A stretch of 24,000 nucleotides of DNA from Enterovibrio baiacu (GCF_004120195.1 NZ_SCHN01000008.1:261973-285972); one strand, 5' to 3'; positions 1 to 8,808 are shown, counted from the stretch's first letter. Made by a program: numbers and translations. The notes: generated by a model from the sequence alone, not told the origin.

Positions 1-791
1 TCTGAAAGCCCAATATTGAGGAAGAAGCAGACTAAAAAGAGTTCTTTGAGGTTGAACAGCGACTTGGCCATTTCAGAAGCGCGTGAATGGCCCGCCATCA
101 TCATGCCGAGGATCAACGCCCCCAAATCTGCTTTCATCCCTACCGCGTCAAACAGGCCTGCTCCTGCGACCAGTGCCAGGAAGATGCCGTACAGTACTAA
201 GACTTCACCGTGTCCCGCTTTATCAAGCAATCTGAACAAAACAGGTCGAAGAAGTGGTAACGCAAATAGTACTAATGCTTCAATGCCAGGCACTTTACCG
301 GAAGTCGCTGTCAGGAACACCACGGCGAAAATGTCCTGCATGATCAGAACGCCGATAGCGAGTGTGCCGTAAGTGGCATTCATTTCGCCTTTTTCTTGAA
401 GCGCTTTGATGGCAAATACAGTGCTAGAGAAGGAGAGGGCAAAAGCAATTAACACGATCTCGTTCAACGCAAGCGCTGAGAAAGCACTTAAACCCAGGGT
501 TTTAAATACAAGTAAACAGAGGGTAAAAACGGCTGTTGTCAGCACATTATGGACAGATGCCCCAAGCCATATTTCGCGATTCAGCAGTGATTTAACATCA
601 AGTTTTAAACCAATGCTAAATAAGAGCAGGGTGACACCAAGATCGGCAAGCGTTTGAATGAGTGGAGTTGATGCATAACCCGCGGCGTTCAGACCGAAGC
701 CCGCAATAAGAAAACCAACCAATGGTGGCATGTGGCAGCGCAGCATGAGAAATCCGCTAACAAAAGCGACGGCGATAATGATCAGATCCAT
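1..791 (-). CDS. Cation:proton antiporter, CPA2/Kef-type membrane domain (5' part; gene continues past window start)
   Basis: The minus-strand frame is open from ATG at 791-789 to the window edge, with AAGGAAAA about 10 nt upstream. It is absent from the ORF track only because there is no stop in the window. The translation MDLIIIAVAFVSGFLMLRCHMPPLVGFLIAGFGLNAAGYASTPLIQTLADLGVTLLLFSIGLKL...LFNLKELFLVCFFLNIGLS is polytopic and hydrophobic and resembles Kef/YbaL-type N-termini. Plus-strand ORFs 16..372 and 406..657 are antisense shadows. Confidence 0.7.
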   Translation of the reverse strand, partial: MDLIIIAVAFVSGFLMLRCHMPPLVGFLIAGFGLNAAGYASTPLIQTLADLGVTLLLFSIGLKLDVKSLLNREIWLGASVHNVLTTAVFTLCLLVFKTLGLSAFSALALNEIVLIAFALSFSSTVFAIKALQEKGEMNATYGTLAIGVLIMQDIFAVVFLTATSGKVPGIEALVLFALPLLRPVLFRLLDKAGHGEVLVLYGIFLALVAGAGLFDAVGMKADLGALILGMMMAGHSRASEMAKSLFNLKELFLVCFFLNIGLS

Positions 792-874
792 AAAGCGAGC
801 GTTTTTCCTTTTAACTGTCTGTCGTAGGTGCGCGGGTGCTAACCAAGAGAGGGAACTCTCTCAGTAATAATCGG

Positions 875-912
875 ATTTGCTTAAGGTTTTATTTGCTCAT
901 GATAAAGCAAAT
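875..912. repeat. Three copies of ATTTGCT (two direct, one inverted) upstream of the antiporter gene; possible operator
   Basis: ATTTGCT occurs at 875-881 and 891-897, and its inverted copy AGCAAAT at 906-912. Copies 2 and 3 form a 7-bp inverted repeat with an 8-nt spacer. The motif lies 84-121 nt upstream of the ATG at 791. Confidence 0.25.
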
Positions 913-1023
913 GCATATTTGAGAGCCAGCAATCAGGAATAAAACTGGGGAATTATCGTGTTTAATTCGTTACACAGTGTGAAGGGATAGTTTTGTCAGA
1001 ATGTTAGATGGATGCGACAGCCC

Positions 1024-1057
1024 AAAAACAAAAAGCCCATAAGTGAACCTTATGGAC
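1024..1057 (-). terminator. Rho-independent terminator of the nagB-nagA-nagC operon
   Basis: Read on the minus strand: GTCCATAAG-gttca-CTTATGGGC followed by TTTTTGTTTTT. It lies 47 nt downstream of the nagC stop (1104). Confidence 0.8.
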
Positions 1058-1103
1058 TTTTAATTGTGCGAATCGCGCTGGAACACCTAGGTGTTCATGA
1101 TGT

Positions 1104-2318
1104 TCAGTCTTCCAACAGTCTTTGCAATAGCGCGCCATTAAGCATGGCGCGTTTCACCAGCGCAAACGCGCCGAGTGTTGGTGTTGAAGATAAACCCGCT
1201 GCAACAATAGGCAGATTCTGATGGAAGGTTTTCAGTGATTGGTTTTCAACACAGCGCTGAATAGCAGGGAAAACCACGCTCTCAGCTTCTGTTATTTCAC
1301 CCGAGATAACAATCTGCTGTGGGTTGAACAAGTTGATGGTCATCGCAATGGCTTTACCAAGGTGATTGCCCACCTTCACCAACACTTGACGTGCGAGTTC
1401 ATCGCCAGCGACAGCTGCGCGACAGATATCAGACACATCCAATTCTTTTTTGCCCTGCAGCATGCTTTCATGCCCTTGGGCGAGCAATTGCTGTGCATGC
1501 TCGATAATCGCAGGGTTTGATGCCACGGTTTCCAAGCAGCCGAAGTTGCCACACTGACACTTCTTGCCCAGCGGGTCGATTTGAATATGACCAATCTCAC
1601 CCACGTTGCGGTTATAGCCTAAGAAGACCTGACCATTAACGATAATACCTGCGCCCGCACCGTTATGAACACTGACGAGCAGGGTATCAAAATAATTTTT
1701 ACTCACCCCGAAATAATGTTCAGCGAGGGCTTGTCCGCGAGTATCGTTTCCGATGAAACACTGCACGCCAAATTCGTCGCGAATTAAGTCACTTAGCGGT
1801 AACTTATCGATGGAAATATGGGGCATATATTCAACAACACCCGCTTCAGCATCGACAAGGCCAGGCAATGAGATCGCAACAGCGATGAGTTCACGAACAA
1901 TATGCTGCTGAGCAGCAAGGAAGCTATGAAGACGGTTTAATAGGCCTTCAATGAGCGCGTCTTGATCTTGGTATTGGAAAAGTTCGTCATGCTGACCCAG
2001 TAAGCGGCCTGACAAATCAAACAAAGAGATTTCGATTCGATCGCGGCCCAAACGGACTGCGAGGGAGTGGAAGGGGGCGCATTCGGTGGTCAACGAGATA
2101 GCTCGTCGACCGCCTGTGGACGCTTGTTGCGCAACTTCTTTGATCAAGCCGCGCTCAAGTAACTGGCGGGTAATTTTGGTAACACTTGCTGGCGCGAGGC
2201 TGCTCACATCAGCAATTTGAATACGAGAAATCGGCCCTTGTTGGTCGATAAGTCGATAAACGGCGGCACCGTTTAACTGTTTAACCAGATCTACGTTACC
2301 AATTTGTCCGCCTGTCAT
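1104..2318 (-). CDS. nagC: N-acetylglucosamine repressor NagC (ROK family transcriptional regulator)
   Basis: 404-aa ORF. It has an N-terminal winged-HTH (ISRIQIADVSSLAPASVTKITRQLLERGLI) and a ROK body with the zinc motif CQCGNFGCLE. It is colinear with E. coli NagC (about 406 aa) and immediately follows nagA. Confidence 0.96.
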   Translation of the reverse strand: MTGGQIGNVDLVKQLNGAAVYRLIDQQGPISRIQIADVSSLAPASVTKITRQLLERGLIKEVAQQASTGGRRAISLTTECAPFHSLAVRLGRDRIEISLFDLSGRLLGQHDELFQYQDQDALIEGLLNRLHSFLAAQQHIVRELIAVAISLPGLVDAEAGVVEYMPHISIDKLPLSDLIRDEFGVQCFIGNDTRGQALAEHYFGVSKNYFDTLLVSVHNGAGAGIIVNGQVFLGYNRNVGEIGHIQIDPLGKKCQCGNFGCLETVASNPAIIEHAQQLLAQGHESMLQGKKELDVSDICRAAVAGDELARQVLVKVGNHLGKAIAMTINLFNPQQIVISGEITEAESVVFPAIQRCVENQSLKTFHQNLPIVAAGLSSTPTLGAFALVKRAMLNGALLQRLLED

Positions 2319-2325
2319 AAATGTC

Positions 2326-3462
2326 CTAGTTCATTGAGTATTCGCCGTTAACTACCGTCGCTTTAACGTTAAAATCGCGATCAAACACGGTCAGGTTAGC
2401 GACATATCCTGGTTGGATAGCCCCTAGCTTGTCGTCCATGCCGATAGCTCGGGCAGGATACAAGGTTGCCATGCGGATCACTTCGTCTAAAGCGATGCCT
2501 ACATGTTCGACAGAGTTTTGAACTGCTTCAATCATCGTCAATGCCGAACCACCAAGCGTGCCATTCTCATCAACACACTTGCCATCACGGTAATATACTT
2601 TCTTACCTACAAAAATAAAGTGATCCATGTCTGCTCCTGCAGGCGCTGCTGCATCAGTAACAAGAACCAGTTTTTCACCTTTCAGTTTGTGGGCAATGCG
2701 AATGTTTGCATAGTCAACGTGGAAACCATCTGCAATCACACCCGTATAAACGTCAGGCGTATCGTAGATAGCGCCAACCATGCCTGGCTCGCGGCCAGCG
2801 ATAGGTGTCATCGCGTTGAACAGGTGCGTTGCGAAGGTAATACCCGCACGGAAACCTTTACGCGCTTCAACGTAGCTCGCGTTAGTGTGGCCAGCAGACA
2901 CCACGATACCTGCATCTGACAGTAGACGAATATGCTCGTCAGGCGTCAGTTCAGGTGCCAAGGTGACCTTGGTCACGACATCTGCGTTTGCTGCAATGAA
3001 GTCAATCATTGCATCGTCAGAACGGCGAATGAAATCGACGCTGTGGATGCCTTTTTTCGCGACGTTTAGGTATGGACCTTCAAGGTGCAGACCTAGCGCT
3101 TGGTTAGCGTATTTGGCTTGGTATTCACGAATCGCACTGACAGATGCCTTCATGTCTTCATCAGAAGACGTGATAAGCGTAGGCAGGAAGCTGGTGCAAC
3201 CTGACTTTAGGTTAGCCAAATGCATAGTGCGGATGGTTTCAGCCGTCACTTCATCGTTGAACATTACACCGCCGCAACCATTAAGTTGCAGATCGATAAA
3301 ACCTGGGCTTAGGTACGCGCCATCTAATGAGCGCGTCTCAATGCCTTCTGGCAATTCATTTTCTGGGCAAACTGTCTGGATAAGACCGCCGTCAACGATG
3401 ACAGCATGATTGTCCAGCACGTCGCTACCTGTGAATACACGGCAGTTAGTCAGTGCGTACAT
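2326..3462 (-). CDS. nagA: N-acetylglucosamine-6-phosphate deacetylase
   Basis: 378-aa [15 protein letters not shown]...[17 protein letters not shown] is typical of the NagA amidohydrolase. It sits between nagB and nagC with gaps of 15 and 7 nt. A GGGAAG SD precedes the ATG. Confidence 0.97.
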   Translation of the reverse strand: MYALTNCRVFTGSDVLDNHAVIVDGGLIQTVCPENELPEGIETRSLDGAYLSPGFIDLQLNGCGGVMFNDEVTAETIRTMHLANLKSGCTSFLPTLITSSDEDMKASVSAIREYQAKYANQALGLHLEGPYLNVAKKGIHSVDFIRRSDDAMIDFIAANADVVTKVTLAPELTPDEHIRLLSDAGIVVSAGHTNASYVEARKGFRAGITFATHLFNAMTPIAGREPGMVGAIYDTPDVYTGVIADGFHVDYANIRIAHKLKGEKLVLVTDAAAPAGADMDHFIFVGKKVYYRDGKCVDENGTLGGSALTMIEAVQNSVEHVGIALDEVIRMATLYPARAIGMDDKLGAIQPGYVANLTVFDRDFNVKATVVNGEYSMN

Positions 3463-3477
3463 GAATACTTCCCTACC

Positions 3478-4278
3478 TTACAGGTTGTTAATGTTTTGTG
3501 CTTCTAGCTCTTGGAAGTACTTAACTGTCTTCACTTTTAGCTCCGCAGTTGATGGATCATCACAGACCATCAGTGCTTTAGGATGCAACTGAAGGGCAGA
3601 CACTGTCCACAAATGGTTTACAGAACCTTCTACAGCGGCTTGCAGAGCCAATGCTTTGTTGTGACCTGTGATCAGGATCATCACTTCTTCTGCATCCAAC
3701 AGTGTACCAACACCAATGGTCAATGCATGTTTTGGCACTTGGTTGATGTCGTTATCGAAGAAACGAGAGTTTGCGATACGCGTATCTTCAGTCAGTGTCT
3801 TGATGCGAGTACGCGAAGACAAAGAAGATGCTGGCTCGTTAAATGCGATATGACCGTCGTTGCCAATACCACCCATGAACAGGTTAATTTTACCAAACGA
3901 TTTGATTTTGTCTTCGTAACGTTTGCATTCAACCATGTGGTCTTCAGCGTTGCCGTTAAGAAGGTTGATGTTTTCTTCTTTAATATCAATATGGTTAAAG
4001 AAGTTGTTGAACATAAAGCTGCGGTAAGACTCAGGGTGGTCTGCAGGGATACCACAGTACTCATCCATGTTGAATGTTACCACGTTCTGGAAGCTTACTT
4101 CGCCTTGCTTATGAAGGTTAATCAGTTGCTTATACGTGTTCAGAGGGGTGCCACCAGTCGGCAAACCTAGAACAAACGGACGATCTTCCGTTGGGGCAAA
4201 TTTATTAATTGCATCAACGATATAGCGTGCTGACCAAAGGCCTACTTCATGTGCGGTTTGTAAAGGGATAAGTCTCAT
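3478..4278 (-). CDS. nagB: Glucosamine-6-phosphate deaminase
   Basis: 266-aa [24 protein letters not shown]...GLPTGGTP...[13 protein letters not shown]. It has the same length as, and strong identity to, E. coli NagB. A GAGG SD lies 7 nt upstream of the ATG. Confidence 0.97.
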   Translation of the reverse strand: MRLIPLQTAHEVGLWSARYIVDAINKFAPTEDRPFVLGLPTGGTPLNTYKQLINLHKQGEVSFQNVVTFNMDEYCGIPADHPESYRSFMFNNFFNHIDIKEENINLLNGNAEDHMVECKRYEDKIKSFGKINLFMGGIGNDGHIAFNEPASSLSSRTRIKTLTEDTRIANSRFFDNDINQVPKHALTIGVGTLLDAEEVMILITGHNKALALQAAVEGSVNHLWTVSALQLHPKALMVCDDPSTAELKVKTVKYFQELEAQNINNL

Positions 4279-4343
4279 GGGACACCTCTAAGTTAATTCG
4301 AAATCTGACTACGTATCATAGTGTAACTGTATCTTACTTTTCA

Positions 4344-4363
4344 TCATAAAATAAGTTTTATGA
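4344..4363. promoter_or_regulatory. Perfect 8-bp-arm palindrome TCATAAAA-taag-TTTTATGA in the nagB promoter region (binding factor unassigned)
   Basis: Seen directly in the sequence, 66-85 nt upstream of the nagB ATG. Its centre is 85 bp from the centre of the NagC-like operator at 4428-4449. The arm polarity (AAAA..TTTT) is opposite to the NagC-type TT..AA pattern, so I leave the factor unassigned. Confidence 0.3.
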
Positions 4364-4396
4364 GCGTGCTAGCAAAAAACCCGATCTTCTATTGTT

Positions 4397-4418
4397 TTGA
4401 GTGACCATAATCACATTT
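4397..4418. promoter_or_regulatory. cAMP-CRP binding site in the nagB/nagE divergent control region
   Basis: ttgAGTGAccataaTCACAttt matches the consensus TGTGA-N6-TCACA. The right half, TCACATTT, is perfect; the left half matches 4/5. E. coli has a CRP site at the equivalent position between nagE and nagB. Confidence 0.6.
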
Positions 4419-4427
4419 GCCTATGTT

Positions 4428-4449
4428 TTAATTTGCGGGGCGAAATTAA
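4428..4449. promoter_or_regulatory. Candidate NagC operator (nagE-proximal)
   Basis: TTAATTT-gcggggcg-AAATTAA has 7-bp AT-rich inverted arms with a GC-rich centre. This is the general architecture of NagC/Mlc operators (TT..N..AA with flanking A/T). It lies 95 nt upstream of the nagE start and is adjacent to the CRP site. Confidence 0.5.
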
Positions 4450-4543
4450 TGGAATAAACTGCGACTGACTCACATAGGATCGTAAAAAAAGTCCCATGTT
4501 GTCATTCTACATCTGAGAAAGAACCACTATAGGGGGAACATAG

Positions 4544-6037
4544 GTGAATATTCTTGGGTATTTTCAAAAAGTAGGTAAAGCATTGATGGTGCCAGTCGCC
4601 ACGCTTCCTGCAGCTGCAATTTTAATGGGTATCGGTTACTGGATTGATCCAAATGGTTGGGGTGCTAACAGTGCACTTGCAGCTTTCTTGATCAAAGCAG
4701 GCGCCGCAATTATCGACAATATGTCTGTACTGTTCGCAGTTGGTGTTGCGTACGGTATGTCTAAAGATAAAGATGGTGCTGCTGCGCTATCTGGTTTTGT
4801 TGGTTTCCTTGTTGTTACCACACTTCTGTCTCCGGGCGCTGTTGCACAAATCCAGGGTATCGACCCTAGCGCTGTGCCAGCTGCATTCGGCAAAATCAAC
4901 AACCAGTTCGTAGGTATCTTGGTTGGTATCGTTTCTGCTGAACTGTACAACCGTTTCTCTTCAGTTGAACTTCACAAAGCGTTGGCGTTCTTCTCTGGTA
5001 AGCGTCTTGTACCTATCCTGACTTCTTTTGCTGGTATCTTCATTGCGTTCATCCTGATGTACGTATGGCCAACCGTATACGGTGGTCTAGTAAGCTTCGG
5101 TGAAGGCATCCAAGGTATGGGTGAAGTAGGTGCTGGTCTATATGCATTCTTTAACCGTCTTCTGATCCCTGTTGGTCTGCACCACGCACTGAACTCAGTG
5201 TTCTGGTTCGACGTTGCAGGCATTAACGATATTCCTAACTTCCTGGGTGGCGCTAAGTCAATCGCAGAAGGTACAGCGACTGTTGGTGTAACAGGTATGT
5301 ACCAAGCGGGCTTCTTCCCAATCATGATGTTTGGTCTTCCAGGTGCGGCACTGGCTATCTACCACACTGCGAAAGCTGAAAACAAAGAGAAAGTTGCTTC
5401 TATCATGATCGCTGCGGCGTTCGCATCTTTCTTCACGGGTGTGACTGAGCCTTTAGAATTCTCATTCATGTTCCTAGCACCAGGTCTGTACGTTCTGCAC
5501 GCAGCATTAACTGGTCTGTCTGTATACATCGCTGCATCTATGCAGTGGATTGCAGGCTTCGGCTTCTCAGCTGGTCTTGTGGACATGGTTCTGTCTACGC
5601 GTAACCCGCTAGCCGTTAACTGGTTCATGCTGATTGTTCAAGGTGCTGTGTTCTCAGTGATTTACTACACTGTGTTCCGCGCGGTAATCGTTAAATTCGA
5701 CCTGAAAACACCTGGCCGTGAAGACGACGAAGAAGAATCAACTTCTGGTGTTACTGGTTCGAAAGAAACGGGTGAGCTAGCGCGTCAATACCTGAAAGCG
5801 CTGGGTGGCCACGACAACCTGACCAACATCGATGCATGTATCACTCGTCTACGTCTGACTGTTAAAGATGGCAGCCAGATTGATGAGAAAACGCTGAAAG
5901 CACTAGGTGCAATGGGCGTTGTTAAATTGGGCACCAACAACCTACAGGTTATCTTGGGTCCTCTAGCAGAAATCGTCGCTGGCGAAATGAAAAAAGTTGG
6001 CGTTAGCGAAGATTTGACGAACGTCAAACTGCCATAA
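4544..6037 (+). CDS. nagE: PTS N-acetylglucosamine transporter, EIICB component (no EIIA domain)
   Basis: 497-aa ORF with a GTG start and a GGGGGA SD upstream. MNILGYFQKVGKALMVPVATLPAAAILMGIGYW matches the EIIC-Nag/Glc family. The C-terminal EIIB domain has the phospho-cysteine motif NIDACITRLRL. The protein ends about 75 aa later, so the EIIA domain of the roughly 648-aa E. coli NagE is absent. Confidence 0.95.
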   Translation: MNILGYFQKVGKALMVPVATLPAAAILMGIGYWIDPNGWGANSALAAFLIKAGAAIIDNMSVLFAVGVAYGMSKDKDGAAALSGFVGFLVVTTLLSPGAVAQIQGIDPSAVPAAFGKINNQFVGILVGIVSAELYNRFSSVELHKALAFFSGKRLVPILTSFAGIFIAFILMYVWPTVYGGLVSFGEGIQGMGEVGAGLYAFFNRLLIPVGLHHALNSVFWFDVAGINDIPNFLGGAKSIAEGTATVGVTGMYQAGFFPIMMFGLPGAALAIYHTAKAENKEKVASIMIAAAFASFFTGVTEPLEFSFMFLAPGLYVLHAALTGLSVYIAASMQWIAGFGFSAGLVDMVLSTRNPLAVNWFMLIVQGAVFSVIYYTVFRAVIVKFDLKTPGREDDEEESTSGVTGSKETGELARQYLKALGGHDNLTNIDACITRLRLTVKDGSQIDEKTLKALGAMGVVKLGTNNLQVILGPLAEIVAGEMKKVGVSEDLTNVKLP

Positions 6038-6038
6038 T

Positions 6039-6058
6039 CTAATTTACTGACAAATTAG
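6039..6058. promoter_or_regulatory. Inverted repeat CTAATTT-actgac-AAATTAG directly after the nagE stop; its arms resemble the NagC-like operator
   Basis: Perfect 7-bp arms. The TAATTT/AAATTA arms are identical to those at 4428-4449, but the spacer is 6 nt rather than 8 nt. It lies between the nagE stop (6035-6037) and the terminator hairpin. Confidence 0.3.
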
Positions 6059-6064
6059 TTATCT

Positions 6065-6094
6065 AGCCGGCCTTTAACAGGGTCGGCTTTTTTT
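6065..6094 (+). terminator. Rho-independent terminator after nagE
   Basis: AGCCGGCC-tttaacag-GGTCGGCT forms an 8-bp stem with one G-U pair, followed by TTTTTTT. Confidence 0.8.
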
Positions 6095-6129
6095 GGGCCT
6101 TTTTCGGCCGAATCGTAGGAAAAATGTAC

Positions 6130-8808
6130 ATGAATAAGACGTTTAAGCTTGGTTTTCTCTCTGTTGCGATTGCAGCAGGCCTAGCAGGTTGTGGCGTTCT
6201 TCCACAGCAATCTGCTGATCAAAACGTTGTTGATGCATTGGCATCTCAATTAGACATCAGTTATGACGTTCAAACTAACCATGGTGCGCAGGAAGGTCTT
6301 GCGTGTCAGGCAATGGGCGCTGAGTGGGCATCATGTAACAACGTCATCATGACGGTTGTTAACGAAGGTGAGGCCGTTGCTGATAATAACTGGCGTATCT
6401 ATTTGCACAGCATTCGCGTCATTCTGGACGTAGCAAATGAAGACTTCACCATCAAGCACATTACCGGCGACCTTTACGAGCTAGCCCCAACTGCGTCATT
6501 CAAAGGCTTCGCGAAAGACGAGACAATTGAAATTCCGATGATTGCTGAATACTGGCAGTTGTTTGAAACCGACTTCATGCCACGTGCTTATGTGGTTGCT
6601 GGTGATGCAACCCCACGCGCGATTGACTCTCTAAACACTGAAAACGTTGATGCGTTTGTTGCTGAAATCGATGGCAATAAATGGAAGCGCACGCCTGAAG
6701 ACAACAACATTCTGGCGACTGCGGCGTCTCGCTTCGCGAAAAACAGCGATGTTGAAGCCTTGTCTGAAAGTGCTATCGACGTTGCAATTATCCCAACACC
6801 GTTGAAAACGCGTCAAATGAGAGGCGAGTTGAACGTAGCGTCTGGTTTTGCGCTGAGCAACAACGCATTGGATGCTGAACAGCTAGCGGCATTTGAAGCA
6901 CGTGCAGCGCTACTAGGCGTAAACACCAAAGGTGAAACTGCGTTAAGCATCACGCTGGATGAGAAAGCATTCAACGGCGAAGAAGCGGTATCGGGCGCAT
7001 ACAAGCTTGCGATCAACGCCAATGGCGTTGAAGTACTGGGCTTCGACAGCGTCGGTGCTTTCTACGGCCTTCAGTCTCTGCTTGCTCTGACTGAAAAAGG
7101 CGAGAACGCAACCCTTCCAATGGTTGCGATTGAAGACGCCCCACGTTTTGAATACCGCGGTGTGATGGTCGATGTGGGCCGTAACTTCCATTCAAAAGAA
7201 GCGATGTTGCGTACCATTGATCAAATGGCAGCCTACAAGCTAAACAAACTTCACCTGCACCTGACTGATGATGAAGGCTGGCGTTTAGAGATCCCTGGCT
7301 TGCCAGAATTGACTGAGGTGGGTTCAAACCGTTGCCACGATCTTTCAGAGACATCATGCCTGCTGCCGCAGCTAGGTTCAGGCCCAGCAACTGACAACTT
7401 CGGTTCGGGTTTCTTCTCTAAAGCGGATTACGTAGAAATGCTACGCCATGCAAAAGCACGTGGCATTGAAGTGATCCCAGAAATCGACATGCCTGCGCAC
7501 TCTCGTGCAGCCGTTGTGTCGATGGAAGCGCGTTACACCAAATATGCAGAGCAAGGCGATCTCGCGAAAGCAGAAGAGTTCCGTCTGATGGATCCATTGG
7601 ATACATCAAACGTTACGACGGTTCAGCTGTACGACAAGCGTAGCTTCATCAACCCATGTATGGATTCGTCTCTTCGTTTCGTTGATAAAGTGATCACCGA
7701 AGTGAAAGCGATGCACTCAGAAGCGGGTATGCCGCTAAATACCTGGCATTTTGGTGGCGACGAAGCGAAAAACATCAAGCTGAACGCAGGCTTCCAAGAT
7801 ATCAATGCGTCTGAGCCTGTGGCTTGGAAAGGCAACATTGACATGAGCAAAGAAGATAAACCGTTTGCTCAGTCTCCAATGTGTCAAAAAATGATTGCTG
7901 AAGGCGCGGCGGCAGACTTCGGTCACCTACCAAGCTACTTTGCAGAGCGCGTAAGTGGTGTTGTGAATGCGCACGGCATTGAAAACTTCCAAGCATGGCA
8001 AGATGGCCTGAAGTACTCGAAAGATGCGTCAGCGTTTGAAACTGAAAACACCCGCGTAAACTTCTGGGACGTGCTTTACTGGGGCGGCGACGCATCAGCA
8101 TATGATTGGGCAAGCAAAGGCTACGATGTGATCGTGTCTAACCCTGACTATGTGTACATGGACATGCCGTACGAAGTTGACCCGAAAGAGCGTGGTTACT
8201 ACTGGGCAACCCGTGCAACGGATACCCGTAAGATGTTTGGCTTTGCACCAGAGAACTTGCCTCAAAATGCTGAAACGTCAGTAGATCGCGATGGCAATGG
8301 TTTCAACGGTAAAGGTACTGTTGACCACAACCAAGGTTTCTACGGTCTATCTGCACAGCTTTGGAGTGAAACTGTTCGCACTGATGCGCAGTACGAGTAC
8401 ATGGTCTTCCCACGTGTGATCGCAGCGGCTGAGCGTGCATGGCACAAAGCTGACTGGGAACTGGATTACCAAGTCGGTAAAGCCTTCAACCTAGACACCA
8501 ACTTCGTGAACAAAGATGCCCAGCTACAAGACTGGACACGCTTTGCAAACGTGATGGGTCAACGTGAAATGGCGAAGCTGGATGCTGCTGGCATTCAATA
8601 CCGTATTCCAGTTCCAGGTGCTAAATTGGACGCGGGTAAGCTTCACATGAACATCAGCATGCCAGGTCTACCGCTTCAATACTCTGTTGATGCGGGTAAG
8701 ACATGGATCGACTATTCAGCGCCAGTAGCTATTGACAATAATGTTAATGTAAAAGTGCGCGCTTTGAGTGCAGATAAACAACGCGAAGGTCGTGCGGTTT
8801 CTCTGTAA
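6130..8808 (+). CDS. chb: Beta-N-acetylhexosaminidase / chitobiase, GH20 family, lipoprotein
   Basis: The ORF runs 6124..8808. I prefer the second ATG at 6130 because AGGA at 6117-6120 lies 9 nt from it but only 3 nt from 6124. The signal peptide has the lipobox LAGC (MNKTFKLGFLSVAIAAGLAG|C). GH20 catalytic signatures are present: HLHLTDDEGWRLE and WHFGGDEA. At about 890 aa, the size and domain order resemble the Serratia and Vibrio harveyi chitobiases. Confidence 0.92.
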   Translation: MNKTFKLGFLSVAIAAGLAGCGVLPQQSADQNVVDALASQLDISYDVQTNHGAQEGLACQAMGAEWASCNNVIMTVVNEGEAVADNNWRIYLHSIRVILDVANEDFTIKHITGDLYELAPTASFKGFAKDETIEIPMIAEYWQLFETDFMPRAYVVAGDATPRAIDSLNTENVDAFVAEIDGNKWKRTPEDNNILATAASRFAKNSDVEALSESAIDVAIIPTPLKTRQMRGELNVASGFALSNNALDAEQLAAFEARAALLGVNTKGETALSITLDEKAFNGEEAVSGAYKLAINANGVEVLGFDSVGAFYGLQSLLALTEKGENATLPMVAIEDAPRFEYRGVMVDVGRNFHSKEAMLRTIDQMAAYKLNKLHLHLTDDEGWRLEIPGLPELTEVGSNRCHDLSETSCLLPQLGSGPATDNFGSGFFSKADYVEMLRHAKARGIEVIPEIDMPAHSRAAVVSMEARYTKYAEQGDLAKAEEFRLMDPLDTSNVTTVQLYDKRSFINPCMDSSLRFVDKVITEVKAMHSEAGMPLNTWHFGGDEAKNIKLNAGFQDINASEPVAWKGNIDMSKEDKPFAQSPMCQKMIAEGAAADFGHLPSYFAERVSGVVNAHGIENFQAWQDGLKYSKDASAFETENTRVNFWDVLYWGGDASAYDWASKGYDVIVSNPDYVYMDMPYEVDPKERGYYWATRATDTRKMFGFAPENLPQNAETSVDRDGNGFNGKGTVDHNQGFYGLSAQLWSETVRTDAQYEYMVFPRVIAAAERAWHKADWELDYQVGKAFNLDTNFVNKDAQLQDWTRFANVMGQREMAKLDAAGIQYRIPVPGAKLDAGKLHMNISMPGLPLQYSVDAGKTWIDYSAPVAIDNNVNVKVRALSADKQREGRAVSL

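Noticed and set aside
2503-4170. Long plus-strand ORFs (2503..2919, 2885..3409, 3583..4170; 138-195 aa) opposite nagA and nagB
   Set aside because: They are antisense shadow frames of highly conserved genes. Their translations are low-complexity or Cys/Arg/Ser-rich, with no SD and no recognisable motifs.
4293-4304. TTAATTCGAAAT next to the nagB SD, resembling both arms of the NagC-like operator
   Set aside because: The arms are collapsed together with no central spacer, so the geometry does not fit a dimeric NagC/Mlc-type operator. It is probably just AT-rich leader sequence.
5754-5765. GGTTCGAA T-loop-like string, a possible tRNA signature
   Set aside because: It lies inside the nagE reading frame (linker between EIIC and EIIB), and no acceptor or anticodon stems can be drawn around it.
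6631-8113. Cluster of 60-125-aa minus-strand ORFs inside the chitobiase gene
   Set aside because: They are antisense shadows of a gene with clear GH20 motifs, and they have no SD or family resemblance.
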